Numbered from the stretch's first letter, positions 19,401 to 28,828 are shown. The stretch is DNA of 64,000 nt from an uncultured delta proteobacterium (GCA_963713045.1 CAVQKE010000004.1:640001-704000); one strand, 5' to 3'. The notes: generated by a model from the letters alone, not told the origin. Numbers and translations are program-made.

Positions 19401-19550
19401 TCCGCCTCCGCAAGCTGGAGCGTGCAGGCGCCGGACATCGTACACGTGACGACGTCCGGTGAAGTCACTGCGCTGCAGGCAGGGACGACGGCGGTGCTCG
19501 CGATGTTCGGCGCTGTCACCGGAAGCTCTGCGGTGAATGTCGTCCCTTAA
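16449..19550 (+). CDS. Lipoprotein with 11 bacterial Ig-like (Big_2) repeats
   Basis: Lipobox LLAGC; small 4-Cys module; 11 repeats of about 90 aa with consensus ATxxFxDGSxxDVTxxAxWxSS. Confidence 0.88.
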   Translation: MKRGVVAAAFFLLAGCVPRLTGAPCHTDTNCPVNQYCDGANCQSGPPPATRVVQLLVSIPAEILPLGSTVQATATAVLQSGANEDATAMASWGSSNNLVAEVSNDAGSAGTVLAVSTGEANVTATLDSNSGSAHVVVTDAQLLSLVVTVDRPVVAPLSDVACTATGFFTDGSHADLSSVANWSSSQPGVVSVSTTPGSVGALVALSSGTAQIAATYQQFGSSTTITVTGATLQTLTISPLLPYVTPGLNAALQATGLFSDGTAQPVTNNVQWTVDDPSLAFFLSSIPGELQGYAPGSTMVEAQAGLVVAQAPLVVSDAALAGLEVAPALPDPLGLLGTKPFNAWGVFADQGVLPLTTQASWSSSTPLLLAVSPTAGTASALDAGVASVQVTVAGLTASAQQTIDGSPPRALLVWPPNTPLTVGQLASLAAERVLSDGTVDDATEMAGWSSSCPSVIQVSTGALGGALVARSPKTCTATAELNGLSNTASVTATARLVERLEVSPAQVSLGAGGWAALAATAVFGDGSLLDVTPLAAWTASNPAVAIAGNGLQAGQALAADAGLCQLTASFGGAAASAAISVAVDVPALELWPPLLQVHAGTLRPLQSTAVWPMGDAVDVTAWTVFVSDSPTVAAASNAAGRRGQLAGLSPGTATITALFGSSSATASVAVDATTADAVRVSAPGALPQGESVSVHALAHFVDGSQVDVTRQASWTSSATGLLRVRGIGPQRGTAVALSLGSADVGARFASVSGSAQVTTTAGGVPSLSIQGLPAAVPAGVQLQLAATASFPGAVQQDVTSRAVWTSTSPTVASAFNGPRAGLVVTLLPGVTQLTAAFGGANASASLNVSSANLLGLNIVPAGPSGPVGMEVPLQAQGNFSDGSQLDLTAQARWSSANPAQVAVSNGALTRGFAMALIPGSTTLSAFVMRPDGSTVSGSTPFVGGAAVPVGVEVVPASIVLSLSSGPSIALQAIAHLSDGSTRDVSASASWSVQAPDIVHVTTSGEVTALQAGTTAVLAMFGAVTGSSAVNVVP

Positions 19551-19645
19551 GGCCTCTCGCTCGGCCAGGCCGTGGCGCGCTAGGATGCTTGTGGAATGGA
19601 CGGAACGCGCGGGCGAGGACGCACACCATGTCCAGCCCGTAGACC

Positions 19646-21427
19646 ATGACGCGCTACCGAACCAGCTTCGGGGCGCTCCCCAAGCTAGGGCTGCTTCCTG
19701 GGCCAGCACTTCGGGAGGTGCTGAGCAAGGGTTACGGCTGGACGGCGCTCGGGAGCGACCTCGTCGCTGGGCTGGTCGTCGCGGTGGTGGCCCTTCCTCT
19801 GTCGATGGCGCTCGCCATCTCCTCAGGCGTCGCGCCCCAGTACGGCCTGTATACGGCCATCATCGCCGGCTGCCTGGTCTCACTCTTCGGTGGAGCCCGA
19901 ACCCAAATCACCGGGCCGACGGCCGCCTTCGTCGTCATCCTCGCGCCCATTTCGGCACACTACGGTCTGTCCGGGCTCCTCCTGGCGTCGATGATGGCAG
20001 GCGGCATTCTGGTGTGCTTCGGCATCGCACGGCTCGGGCGTTTGATTGAATACATCCCTCACCCGGTAACAACCGGCTTCACCGCCGGCATCGCTACCGT
20101 CATCGCCGTGTTGCAGCTGCGGGACTTCCTCGGACTGAGTCTCTCCGGAAATCCGGATCACTTCCTGGAACGGGTCGCCGCGACATTTCACGCACTGCCC
20201 ACCCTGCAGCTGGGAGACCTCCTGGTCGGGGTTTTCACCCTGGGGCTGCTCCTGGCGTGGCCGCGAGTCACCGCTCGAGTGCCACCGGCCCTCATTGCCC
20301 TACCGGCAGCGGCCGTTTTGGCGGTTCTCCTGGCCCGACTCGGTCCCGGCTTCCACGCCGCCACCATCGCATCGCGTTTTCATTACGCCGTCGATGGACA
20401 AACCTTCTCCGGCATCCCGCCTTTCCCTCCGAAGCTGCTTTGGCCCTGGACCGCGGCAGGCGCCAACGGCGAGCCGTTGGTGCTGTCTTTTCAACTGCTG
20501 AAGACGCTTATTCCCAACGCCTTCGCCATTGCGCTTCTGGGGGCCATTGAGTCGCTGTTGTGCGCCGTCGTCGCCGACGGCATGAGCGGGGCGCGCCATG
20601 ACCCCGACGCGGAACTGCTCGCCCTGGGAGTGGGAAACCTCGTCGCGCCCTTCTTCGGAGGCTTTGCGGCCACCGGGGCCATCGCCCGCACCACAGTCGC
20701 CATCCGCTCCGGCGCTCGTTCGCCCCTGGCCGGTGTTTTTCACTCCGGGTTTCTGCTGCTCGCCATCGTCGCCTTCGCCTCAGCGCTGGGCGCTCTTCCT
20801 TTGGCCTCGATGGCGGCTTTGTTGCTCACCGTCGCCTGGAGAATGGGCGAGGTGAAGCACGTGATGCACACCCTTCGGGCCGCGCCCAAAAGCGACGTCG
20901 CCGTCCTCGTCTCCTGCTACCTGTGTACGGTGCTGTTCGACATGGTGGTGGGCGTAAGCGTCGGCGTCATGCTGGCGGCGCTGCTCCTCATGCGGAGAAT
21001 GGCGGAGATTGTCAGCACGCGGCCCTTGACGGACACCCCACACCACACCGACCGCTCCATCCCAAAGGGCGTGGTGCTGTACGAGGTCGCTGGACCGCTC
21101 TTCTTCGGCGCAGCGCAAAAAGCCATCAACGTGCTCGACTCGCTGCACGCGGCGACCCGGGCCGTCGTGTTCGACATCAGCGCCGTTCCGGTGATGGACT
21201 ATACCGGCCTGGTGGCGCTGGAGAGCGCCATCCAAAAATTGCAGAAGCGAAACGTCCTCGTGGTCTTAGCAGGCATCCAGCCGCAGCCGGCACGCGTCTT
21301 CGCCAAAGCAGGAATGAAGGCCGTCCCCGGCAAGTTCCTGCTGTGCAAGACGCTGGCCGACGGGGTGGCGAGAACCCGCGACTACCTCGGAGCTCCGACG
21401 CCGCTCGCCATCCCCAAACCTGCCTGA
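19646..21427 (+). CDS. SulP/SLC26-family transporter with STAS domain (DauA-like)
   Basis: DLVAGLVVAVVALPLSMALA, GPTAAF, GAIESLLCAVVADG, ATGAIART and STAS GPLFFGAA. Confidence 0.93.
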   Translation: MTRYRTSFGALPKLGLLPGPALREVLSKGYGWTALGSDLVAGLVVAVVALPLSMALAISSGVAPQYGLYTAIIAGCLVSLFGGARTQITGPTAAFVVILAPISAHYGLSGLLLASMMAGGILVCFGIARLGRLIEYIPHPVTTGFTAGIATVIAVLQLRDFLGLSLSGNPDHFLERVAATFHALPTLQLGDLLVGVFTLGLLLAWPRVTARVPPALIALPAAAVLAVLLARLGPGFHAATIASRFHYAVDGQTFSGIPPFPPKLLWPWTAAGANGEPLVLSFQLLKTLIPNAFAIALLGAIESLLCAVVADGMSGARHDPDAELLALGVGNLVAPFFGGFAATGAIARTTVAIRSGARSPLAGVFHSGFLLLAIVAFASALGALPLASMAALLLTVAWRMGEVKHVMHTLRAAPKSDVAVLVSCYLCTVLFDMVVGVSVGVMLAALLLMRRMAEIVSTRPLTDTPHHTDRSIPKGVVLYEVAGPLFFGAAQKAINVLDSLHAATRAVVFDISAVPVMDYTGLVALESAIQKLQKRNVLVVLAGIQPQPARVFAKAGMKAVPGKFLLCKTLADGVARTRDYLGAPTPLAIPKPA

Positions 21428-21509
21428 GGAGCAAGGGAAGTGGAAGCCGGTGGGAGACCGTCGTCGCCTGTTGGAAGGCGCGAGTCGCCAGCCGGCCGCC
21501 TGTTTTCCG

Positions 21510-23009
21510 TCAGAAGGCTTCGCCGGCTCCGAGGTAAATACCGAATCCGGTCTCGCTGAAGGCGAAGTCCAAGGTGACGTTGGTCCGAGACGCGCGATTC
21601 ATCATAAAGCGCAGCCCCACCCCGCCGGCTGGACGCAGGTTTTGGAAGAGGGGCTCCCCGGAATTGTAGTACCCCGGGATGGACACGGCTGGACGCGAGA
21701 AGGTGGAGACGTTGGCGAACACCACGCCGCCGAGGAAACCATCCTCGGTCAGGCGAAAGCGAAACTCACTCTCCAGGTAGACCTCCGCAGTCCCTCGGAA
21801 GCGCCCTTGGACGTAGCCTCGACCGGTCCGCCCCCGAGCGTCCCAGCCGATGGCCGGCAAGGCGAGGTACGGAAGGTTGCCACTGGTGACGCCCTGGGCA
21901 ATGACCCAAAAGGCGACCACATTCCGGGGGATGCTGGGGTCGAGCCCGAGGTAGGTCCGAAACTCGCTGTACAGCTGGGTACTGTCTTGGTCGCTGCCCA
22001 ACCAGGTAGGGTTTCCACGGAAGACGAGGTTCGCGTACACGCCCGAATAGGGATTTACCGTCGAGTCCCGGCTGTCGTACAGCACCTCCGCACCGACGCT
22101 GACCACGTTGTACTGGTTGGAGTTGAAATGGTAGTAGCGGCTGTAGGCGTAGCTGCTGGTAACGACCGGCGGAGTCGACGTCAGGTCCAAGAGTTGGTCG
22201 TCAATCTCGAAAAAACGGTCGAAACGCACCGCACCGCCGACATAGAGGTACCCCACCGCCTTTTTCAGAACCGACTGGTGGAAGCGCAGAAGGTCGAAAT
22301 TCATCGGCTGGGCGCCGGGGATGGCCGCTAGGTCGCCATACCCACCAATGCTGATTCCGGTGGAGATGGGCGTAATTCCGGTGCCCAGCCCATAGGTGTC
22401 CTGATTGAAGACGAGGAATCGGTAGTCACCCTGCAGTTCCCACTCGTTGTCCGACGTCATCACTGTGCTCGGCATTTGAATGATGAGCTGTTTTAGTGAG
22501 GTGTAGATGACGGTTGGCTGGGCGACCGAGATGGTGGTCGTCGCTGGGTCACCCAAGTAGATGCCAAGGAAAGCAGTGACGCCGAGGACAGCGCCCAGTG
22601 CCGGGTTGTAACCGACAACTGGAAGGATGGCCGGAAGCAGCTCGAATGGCTTCGGGACCGCCCGTCCCGGCTGGGTCATGTGCAACAGTGTGAAGAGGTC
22701 CTCTTTATCCTCGTACTCCTCGCACGCACCGTCGATGCAGACTTCTCCGTAACCCAGCTTCTTCGCACACTCGATGCTCGAGCTGCACGTATCCCTGACG
22801 GGTTTGACCGGTGTGTATGGAAGGACGTGCAGGCGCTCGGTTTCGATGACCGGTGCTTCCGTCTGGGGCACACCGCCGTCACTCGGTTGGGAGGGTGTGC
22901 CCTCGCCATTGCTCATCGGGGTCGAGGCGTCTTCCGTGCTAGCCGCGTTGGCCAGTCGGCACGGCACGAACACGACGAGGAGGACCAGCAGGGCGCGCCA
23001 CTGGCGCAT
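21510..23009 (-). CDS. Omp85/BamA-TamA-family outer-membrane beta-barrel protein
   Basis: Signal peptide, YDSRDS, GRGYVQGRFRG, GGVGLRF and a C-terminal GEAF. Confidence 0.8.
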   Translation of the reverse strand: MRQWRALLVLLVVFVPCRLANAASTEDASTPMSNGEGTPSQPSDGGVPQTEAPVIETERLHVLPYTPVKPVRDTCSSSIECAKKLGYGEVCIDGACEEYEDKEDLFTLLHMTQPGRAVPKPFELLPAILPVVGYNPALGAVLGVTAFLGIYLGDPATTTISVAQPTVIYTSLKQLIIQMPSTVMTSDNEWELQGDYRFLVFNQDTYGLGTGITPISTGISIGGYGDLAAIPGAQPMNFDLLRFHQSVLKKAVGYLYVGGAVRFDRFFEIDDQLLDLTSTPPVVTSSYAYSRYYHFNSNQYNVVSVGAEVLYDSRDSTVNPYSGVYANLVFRGNPTWLGSDQDSTQLYSEFRTYLGLDPSIPRNVVAFWVIAQGVTSGNLPYLALPAIGWDARGRTGRGYVQGRFRGTAEVYLESEFRFRLTEDGFLGGVVFANVSTFSRPAVSIPGYYNSGEPLFQNLRPAGGVGLRFMMNRASRTNVTLDFAFSETGFGIYLGAGEAF

Positions 23010-23135
23010 TTGTTCCCCCAAATGAGGCGAGGCCTCGGAACTGTAGCGCAGCCCGCCCTCGACCACGGCGTTTTTGCGCCGCCTCTTGCGGCTGCTGCCG
23101 TGTGAGTTAGCCCGCCAGGCTTGCAGACGATGGTT

Positions 23136-23596
23136 TCAGTCGAACGTAGCAGCGTCGCTTCGTGCGGCCGGCTCCCGACGCGACAGCCAAAATGCCCAAG
23201 CGAAGAGCACTCCCTGAAGCAAAAGCCGAATGGGGTGGTACCAAGCCGGTGCTGGCGGAAATCCGCTTAGCCAGTGGTAGACGTTGGCCGGAAACACCGC
23301 CAGAAGGAACAGGCAGATTCCCAGCGCGGCCAGATGATACAAACGCCGTGCCAGGAGCCCGATGCCGAGCAAAAGCTCTGCGGCTCCGGACACGTAAACG
23401 GCCGCACGAGGCCACGGCAAAAGCGGCGGAAATATTGGAACAACGCTTCCGGAAAGAGAAAGCGCGTCGTGCCGTCGGCGAGGAAGCGGAGAGCCATCAG
23501 CCAGCAGCTCGCACGACGGCTTCGAGAGGACGGGCCCACCCCGCCAGCCGAGCCGACCCCTGCGGCGCAGTCACTCCAATTGGAGAACGCCGACAC
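23136..23596 (-). pseudogene. DoxX-like membrane protein, frameshifted near 23425
   Basis: LMALRFLADGTTRFLFPE in one frame continues as PPLLPWPRAAVYVSGAAELLLG...AVFPANVY in another; start uncertain. Confidence 0.65.
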
Positions 23597-23759
23597 CGAA
23601 CCAGCGAGTGACCTAGCGGCTATCTCTTTGTCGCTGCCGAGCTAATTCCGGACCAGCTTCATTTCCACCGGGAGCTGGGGACCGGCTTCGCGGGAGCCTG
23701 GCCCTCGACGTGAAGCTTTTAAGCTTCTGGGGGTGAGTATGAGTTGAACCGAGCCCGAG

Positions 23760-24106
23760 TAATTCGTCCGGACACTGCTCAGATTGCGGGAGCGTCACGC
23801 GGGTCGTGCGCGGGTTTGCTCGCATCGATGGTAATGCGCGCGCTGCGTATGTGATTCGTTGGGCCAAGGGACACCGGAGCGACGAGTAGCCAGTGCCCAG
23901 GAATGTCGGATGGTGTCGACCGGCCGGGCTTCATGGTGGTGAACGCCGCGGATGTCAATTGGGGTCCGGCAGATGTGCTCGGTCGAAAAACTCTCTCGCG
24001 AGGGGCCCTGCAACATCAGGTGTACCCAGCGGCGTTTTCCATTGTGGACCGAGTGATTGAGGACGACCTGCGGTTCAGAAACTTTCTGCTCGAAGAAAGG
24101 GCGTAG
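23760..24106 (+). pseudogene. Degraded hypothetical gene
   Basis: Protein-like text in two frames: GHCSDCGSVTRVVRGFARIDGNARAAYVIRWAKGH, then DRPGFMVVNAADVNWGPADVLGRK...DDLRFRNFL. Confidence 0.4.
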
Positions 24107-24289
24107 GAATGGATGCTGATGACCGCCAGCCCAATGGGCCCTCAAAGAAGCCAGTGGGACGAGGGCCGCTACCAGGCTCCAGTATGCTGACAGGCCCACG
24201 CGTGACTTCTTGAAGAGGCGGGCGCCTCGGCTGAGCGCCCCGTTTCCTACGACAAGAAGCCAGACGCGTGGCTCAGCTGCTTCCCGCAA

Positions 24290-24718
24290 TTACAACGAGG
24301 ACGTGGTGGCGCTGCACTGCGGCCGGAAGTCCCGGGTGACGAACTGGTCGTTCTTGAGAGAGAGCGTCTGCTGATTCTGCGAGACGAAGGCCAGGCTGGT
24401 GCCATTTCCGCATGTCATGCCGGCCGACTCCACGTGAAGCGTGAGCGGCCTATCAGGAGGAAGGTCGCCGATGCTGTAAGAGCACCGCCCATTGCCCCGG
24501 TGCACCTCGGCTCGGCCAAGGCGCTGGCTTTGCCCGTTGTCGTCGGTGACGGTTGCGTAAACGGAGAGCTGCTCACAAGAGTCGTTGCTGGCCTGGGAGT
24601 CGGGGAGAAGGATGACGCCGGTGACGGTCCCGCTGTAGCTGTTGAGGCCATATTCGACAGTACCGTGAGAGCAGGCTGCCAGGGCGACTGAGCCAAGAAG
24701 CAGAAGAATCGAACGCAT
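24290..24718 (-). CDS. Hypothetical lipoprotein
   Basis: Lipobox LAAC after a hydrophobic N-terminus; AAAGGA RBS; 4 further Cys. Confidence 0.75.
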   Translation of the reverse strand: MRSILLLLGSVALAACSHGTVEYGLNSYSGTVTGVILLPDSQASNDSCEQLSVYATVTDDNGQSQRLGRAEVHRGNGRCSYSIGDLPPDRPLTLHVESAGMTCGNGTSLAFVSQNQQTLSLKNDQFVTRDFRPQCSATTSSL

Positions 24719-25160
24719 CGCGTTTTCCTTTCTGTAGAGGTGAACGGCGTGGCGGAGACGACATTCGTCTCGCTCGAGTGGGATAGGGCTTGTTACGACC
24801 GTTCGCTACGACGATTGCCCTGTCCAGAACTGTGCGTTTCCTCGCAGCAGCGGACTGTGCCCGCGCACCGATGCGGCAGCACCCCTGGCCTACCCGTTCG
24901 CATCTTGATGGCTCCCTCCGCCCGGGCCAGGGCCGACTGCACCTGCACGCGGCTTGTTCCTTGTGTGACAACGCGCATCCACCGCTTCGCCGTGCGCGCA
25001 AGCCAAAGAAAATCGCCCGTGGCTCGTCGCCTCGCGAATCACCACGATGCGCCAGCTTGGCCCACTGCCAATTTCCAAGTACCTTGTTTCTCAGGGACGG
25101 TTAGGCCGCTCGCCTGGATACGCAGCAAGCACACACGCAGGACTTCACCAACCACTGACG

Positions 25161-25751
25161 ATGGCCTTCGACTCGAGAGTCTTCGCCACCGTCTTCGCCG
25201 TCATCTTCGTCGCCGAGCTGCCCGATAAGACTGCGCTCGCCGCACTGGTGCTCGCGACGCGCCACAAGCCCTTTCCGGTATTTCTTGGAGCAGCCCTGGC
25301 GTTGTTGATGCAGAGCGCCGTCGCCGTCGCAGCGGGCGGCCTGCTCTCGCTGCTCCCGGCTCGCCCCATTCACGTTGGCGCCGGCGTGCTGTTTCTACTG
25401 TCCGCGGTCCTGATGTGGCGGCGTCCGAGCCCGAAAGCGGCGGAGATGCAACCTCCGCCCATGCCACAACGTGCGCCCAGCGTTCTTCAATCTTTTCTGT
25501 CGGCTTTTGGGGTCATCTTCCTCGCAGAGTGGGGAGACCTCACTCAGCTGGGGACCGCAGCGCTCGCGGCGCGGTACCAACGCCCAATGACGGTATTCTC
25601 CGCTGCGACGCTGGCGCTCTGGGCGGTTGCTGGCCTGGCGGTCCTGGTCGGCAATCGCGCCGGAGCGCTGATGGACCCGCGGGTCACCCAGCGGGTGGCT
25701 GCGCTGGTCTTCCTAGCCCTCGGCGTCGCACTGGTGGCGCGCGTCTTATAG
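25161..25751 (+). CDS. TMEM165/GDT1 (UPF0016) Mn2+/Ca2+ transporter
   Basis: Duplicated motif AELPDKT / AEWGDLTQ; hydrophobic helices. Confidence 0.9.
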   Translation: MAFDSRVFATVFAVIFVAELPDKTALAALVLATRHKPFPVFLGAALALLMQSAVAVAAGGLLSLLPARPIHVGAGVLFLLSAVLMWRRPSPKAAEMQPPPMPQRAPSVLQSFLSAFGVIFLAEWGDLTQLGTAALAARYQRPMTVFSAATLALWAVAGLAVLVGNRAGALMDPRVTQRVAALVFLALGVALVARVL

Positions 25752-26020
25752 CGCGAGCACAGCTGGGGAGGTCGGACGGCGTGGTTCTTCGCTCGCTCCA
25801 GGGCGGCGGGGCCACTACCACCATCAGCACATCTCTCAGCTTCGACGGCTCCCACCGTGTCGCAGCAGGAGTGCCGCGCCTAAGTGAAAGGGTAGGCGCG
25901 CTTCACCCGCGCCGTTCCAAAAGGTTCGGCACACCGGGTGGCAAAGTGCTAGAGGCTCCCCCCGCGGCAGCAGTCCGTGGCCCGCGACGCAGTGGGTCTG
26001 AGACCAATCAGGAGAATTCC

Positions 26021-26641
26021 ATGGGACGAAGCAAAGTCGCACTGATGTTGGGGATGGCCGTCATTGTCGCGCCGGCCGCTTGGGCAGTCGATGCCGGGAC
26101 TGCTTCATCTCCCGTCACCGTCAAGCCTTCCGGCACGCCCGGAACCGTCGTCGCAAGCCAGTCAGAGAGCGTCGCCGCCATCGTCATCGCCGTCGACCAG
26201 GACAAGCGCGAGGTGTCGCTGCAAGGGCCGAATGGACGCCTGGAGAACATGCACGTCGACGAGCGAGTGAAAAACTTCGCCCAAATCAAGGTGGGCGATG
26301 CGGTGCTGGTCCGTTTCTATCGCGGCCTCGCCCTGACGCTGCAGGCCCCTGACTCGGCGGCGGTGGCGCCTCAGGTGGAGGCGGTCGGCACTACGGCCCA
26401 ACCGGGTGAGAAGCCATCAGCGGCGGCAGCGGCGGTAATCCGCGGCACCGTGACCATCAAATCGATCGACCCCAAGACCAGAATTGTCGTCCTGGTCGGC
26501 CCCGAGGGCAGAGAGTTTCGCGTGAAGGCGGGCAAAGATGTCAAGTTGAACAAGGTGAAGGTGGGAGACAAGATTTACGCCGAGTACGGCGAGGCCCTGG
26601 CGATTTCCGTCCGGCCGACCACCCAGCCGGCGAAGAAGTAG
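26021..26641 (+). CDS. Exported hypothetical protein with two internal beta-rich repeats
   Basis: GGAG RBS, signal peptide; repeats AVDQDKREVSLQGPNG...QIKVGD and SIDPKTRIVVLVGPEG...KVKVGD. Confidence 0.8.
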   Translation: MGRSKVALMLGMAVIVAPAAWAVDAGTASSPVTVKPSGTPGTVVASQSESVAAIVIAVDQDKREVSLQGPNGRLENMHVDERVKNFAQIKVGDAVLVRFYRGLALTLQAPDSAAVAPQVEAVGTTAQPGEKPSAAAAAVIRGTVTIKSIDPKTRIVVLVGPEGREFRVKAGKDVKLNKVKVGDKIYAEYGEALAISVRPTTQPAKK

Positions 26642-26805
26642 TCGGACGAAAGCCACGCTTGGTGCAGGTCCTCGCACCGATGGGTCGGGGCGAGGACCCG
26701 CGCCTTTTCAAGGCTCCCGCTGCCAAGCTGATGTGATGAGTCACCGCCAGAAAGTCACCACCCAGTGAGTCAAGCAGTCCTCAACCGTTGGCGACCCTGT
26801 TCCCC

Positions 26806-27278
26806 ATGACCGACACCGCGCACCCCTTCAGCATCCAGCTCTTCGCGCGCTGGCCGGACATGGACTTTAACCAGCACATGCGTAACGCGGCGTACCTCGG
26901 TGCGAGCGAGGACTGTCGAATGCGCTTCCTGGCGGAGAGTGGCTTCACGATGGATGAATTCCGCAAGCGAATGCTCGGGCCGGTCGTCCTCGAGGACCGT
27001 CTGGTGTACAAAAAGGAACTCAAGCTCCTCGAGGGATTTCGGGTCGAGCTGGCGCTTGGCGCCACCACCCGCGACGCACGTCGGTTGAAGCTTCGCAACT
27101 CCTTCACCGCGACCGCGATGGCGCGCTCACGGCGGTGGTCGAAAGCGTGGTGATTTGGTTTGATTTGAGGGACCGAAAACCGGTCACGCCTCCGGACGAA
27201 CTGAAATCCGCTTGGTTCCAGCTAGCTCGAACGAGCGACTTCGAGTGGTACGACGAAGCCAATGCACCAAGGTTGTAG
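26806..27278 (+). pseudogene. Acyl-CoA thioesterase (hotdog fold), frameshifted near 27108
   Basis: RWPDMDFNQHMRNAAY motif; after NSF the reading continues in another frame as DRDGALTAVVESVVIWFDLRDRKPVTPP to a stop at 27278. Confidence 0.8.
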
Positions 27279-27301
27279 CCCAGCGTCGGCTGATTGCGGT
27301 G

Positions 27302-28783
27302 TCACCGTCTCTGAAAAACGGCCAGCCAGGCGCGTGCCGCCGGCTCGAGTCCCCCGGGTAAGCTGCTCTTGGTCCAGTGGATGAGCTCGAAGTTCGGCGC
27401 GAAGAGCGACTGCAGGTCACTTGCACCGTAACGGATGGTTCGTAGCTCGCGTGGCTCGTCCCGGCGGTGAAGCTTGAGAATCAACCGCGCGCCGGGCTGC
27501 GTCCTCGATTGGACTGCGGCGGCGTAGCGTCGGGCGCCCTCTGTATCCAAAGTATGGAGGCAGCCCCGGTCGAGCACAACGTCGAAGGACCCGGCGAGGT
27601 GAGAGTCGCGAACGTCGTCCACCTCGAACCGGGCCTCTTCCCCATTGGAGCGAGCTCGGGCGAGCTCAACCGCCGTGGGAGAAATGTCGGTAGCGGTCAC
27701 CGAAAACCCGAGCTTCGCCGCCGCCCGCGCAGCACTGCCCAGACCGGCGCCCACCTCCCAGAGTGTGGCCGGTCTTGGGACGCGCTCCAGCTCCTCGGCC
27801 AAGTCGGTGTCGAGCAGCTCGCTATGGAAGGCCAGTTGCTCTGGGGCCGTCCCCTTGTACTGCGCCTCCCAGGCAACTCCGGCTTCGCTGGCGCCGAGTA
27901 CTTCCTCTGCACGCTGGCGGGCGCGACGCCAGAGGTAATCGGTCACCGCAATGATGTCCTCACCGGCTGGCAAGCTCCCGTAACGGGGCTGGCGCTCCAT
28001 CGGCGCGTCGGCGACCTCGGTGCCGAAGGATGGATGCAGGACGCAGAAGCCGTCGCTCGTCAACTGTGACACGTTCCGTGCAATCGGCCTGGCATCGAGC
28101 ATTGCCCCATTCATGGACGGTGCAATCAGCACCGGTGCCCGCGTGGAAAGCGCAAGAGCGGACACCAGGTCGGAGCAGTCTCCTCGGGCGATTCGTGAAA
28201 GGGTCGTCGCGCTCGCCGGTGCCACCAACACCACCTCCGCCCAGTTGGCCCAGTCGATGTGCGGCGCCGGAACTTCGGGAGCTGCCGACCATAGGCTTGA
28301 ACGAACAGCTTGCTGGGTCAGCGCTCGTAATGCTCCGACGCTGACGAACTTCCGCGCCGCCGGCGTGAGCGCAATCCGCACCTCGAATCCTCGCGTGAGA
28401 AAGCGTTCGACGAGCATTGGCGTGTGCGCGGCGGCGATGGCTCCGCTGACGCCGAGGACCAGCCGCCCGCATGTCTTGTCGGGGTCAGGGATGGTCTCCC
28501 GGTGGACGCGACCGATAGACCTAGTCTGCAGGAGGATGCCCAGTGCTTCCTCAACCACGCCGCGACCCTCGGACGTGCCCTCAGCAACCAAGTCAAGCTG
28601 CGCCAACAGCTGCTCGACCGTGTGAGGCGAGCGAAGAGCGCGAAGCATCTCTCGGATAAGCAACGCGGACTCGCCGCGAAATTCGCGCGCCGTCCCATCA
28701 GCCCCAATGACGGTTGTGGCGTCGCCGGAGTCGAAGGCCCGTACGGATGGACGCCGTCGGAAAACGTCAGTCGCCTCGTTCAC
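27302..28783 (-). CDS. Three-domain protein: RRE/PqqD-like N-terminus + HFCD (LanD/EpiD-like) flavoprotein + class I SAM methyltransferase
   Basis: LVLGVSGAIAA, APHIDWA, VAPASATTLSRIARG and APSMNGAM (HFCD motifs); LWEVGAGLG, TDISP and FDVVLDRGCLH (methyltransferase); extra N-terminal domain of about 95 aa; GGAAGG RBS before the GTG start. Confidence 0.85.
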   Translation of the reverse strand: MNEATDVFRRRPSVRAFDSGDATTVIGADGTAREFRGESALLIREMLRALRSPHTVEQLLAQLDLVAEGTSEGRGVVEEALGILLQTRSIGRVHRETIPDPDKTCGRLVLGVSGAIAAAHTPMLVERFLTRGFEVRIALTPAARKFVSVGALRALTQQAVRSSLWSAAPEVPAPHIDWANWAEVVLVAPASATTLSRIARGDCSDLVSALALSTRAPVLIAPSMNGAMLDARPIARNVSQLTSDGFCVLHPSFGTEVADAPMERQPRYGSLPAGEDIIAVTDYLWRRARQRAEEVLGASEAGVAWEAQYKGTAPEQLAFHSELLDTDLAEELERVPRPATLWEVGAGLGSAARAAAKLGFSVTATDISPTAVELARARSNGEEARFEVDDVRDSHLAGSFDVVLDRGCLHTLDTEGARRYAAAVQSRTQPGARLILKLHRRDEPRELRTIRYGASDLQSLFAPNFELIHWTKSSLPGGLEPAARAWLAVFQRR

Positions 28784-28828
28784 CGACTTCCTTCCCTCGG
28801 AGCGGCCGGACCGGCCGCACCAGGCTCA

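Noticed and set aside
24720..25160. yybP-ykoY Mn riboswitch upstream of the UPF0016 transporter
   Set aside because: It is plausible from context, but I could not see the conserved motifs; an Infernal RF00080 search would decide.
27302..28783. Calling the flavoprotein CoaBC (CoA biosynthesis)
   Set aside because: It has no CoaB domain and no clamp Cys, carries extra N-terminal and methyltransferase domains, and sits in an accessory location.
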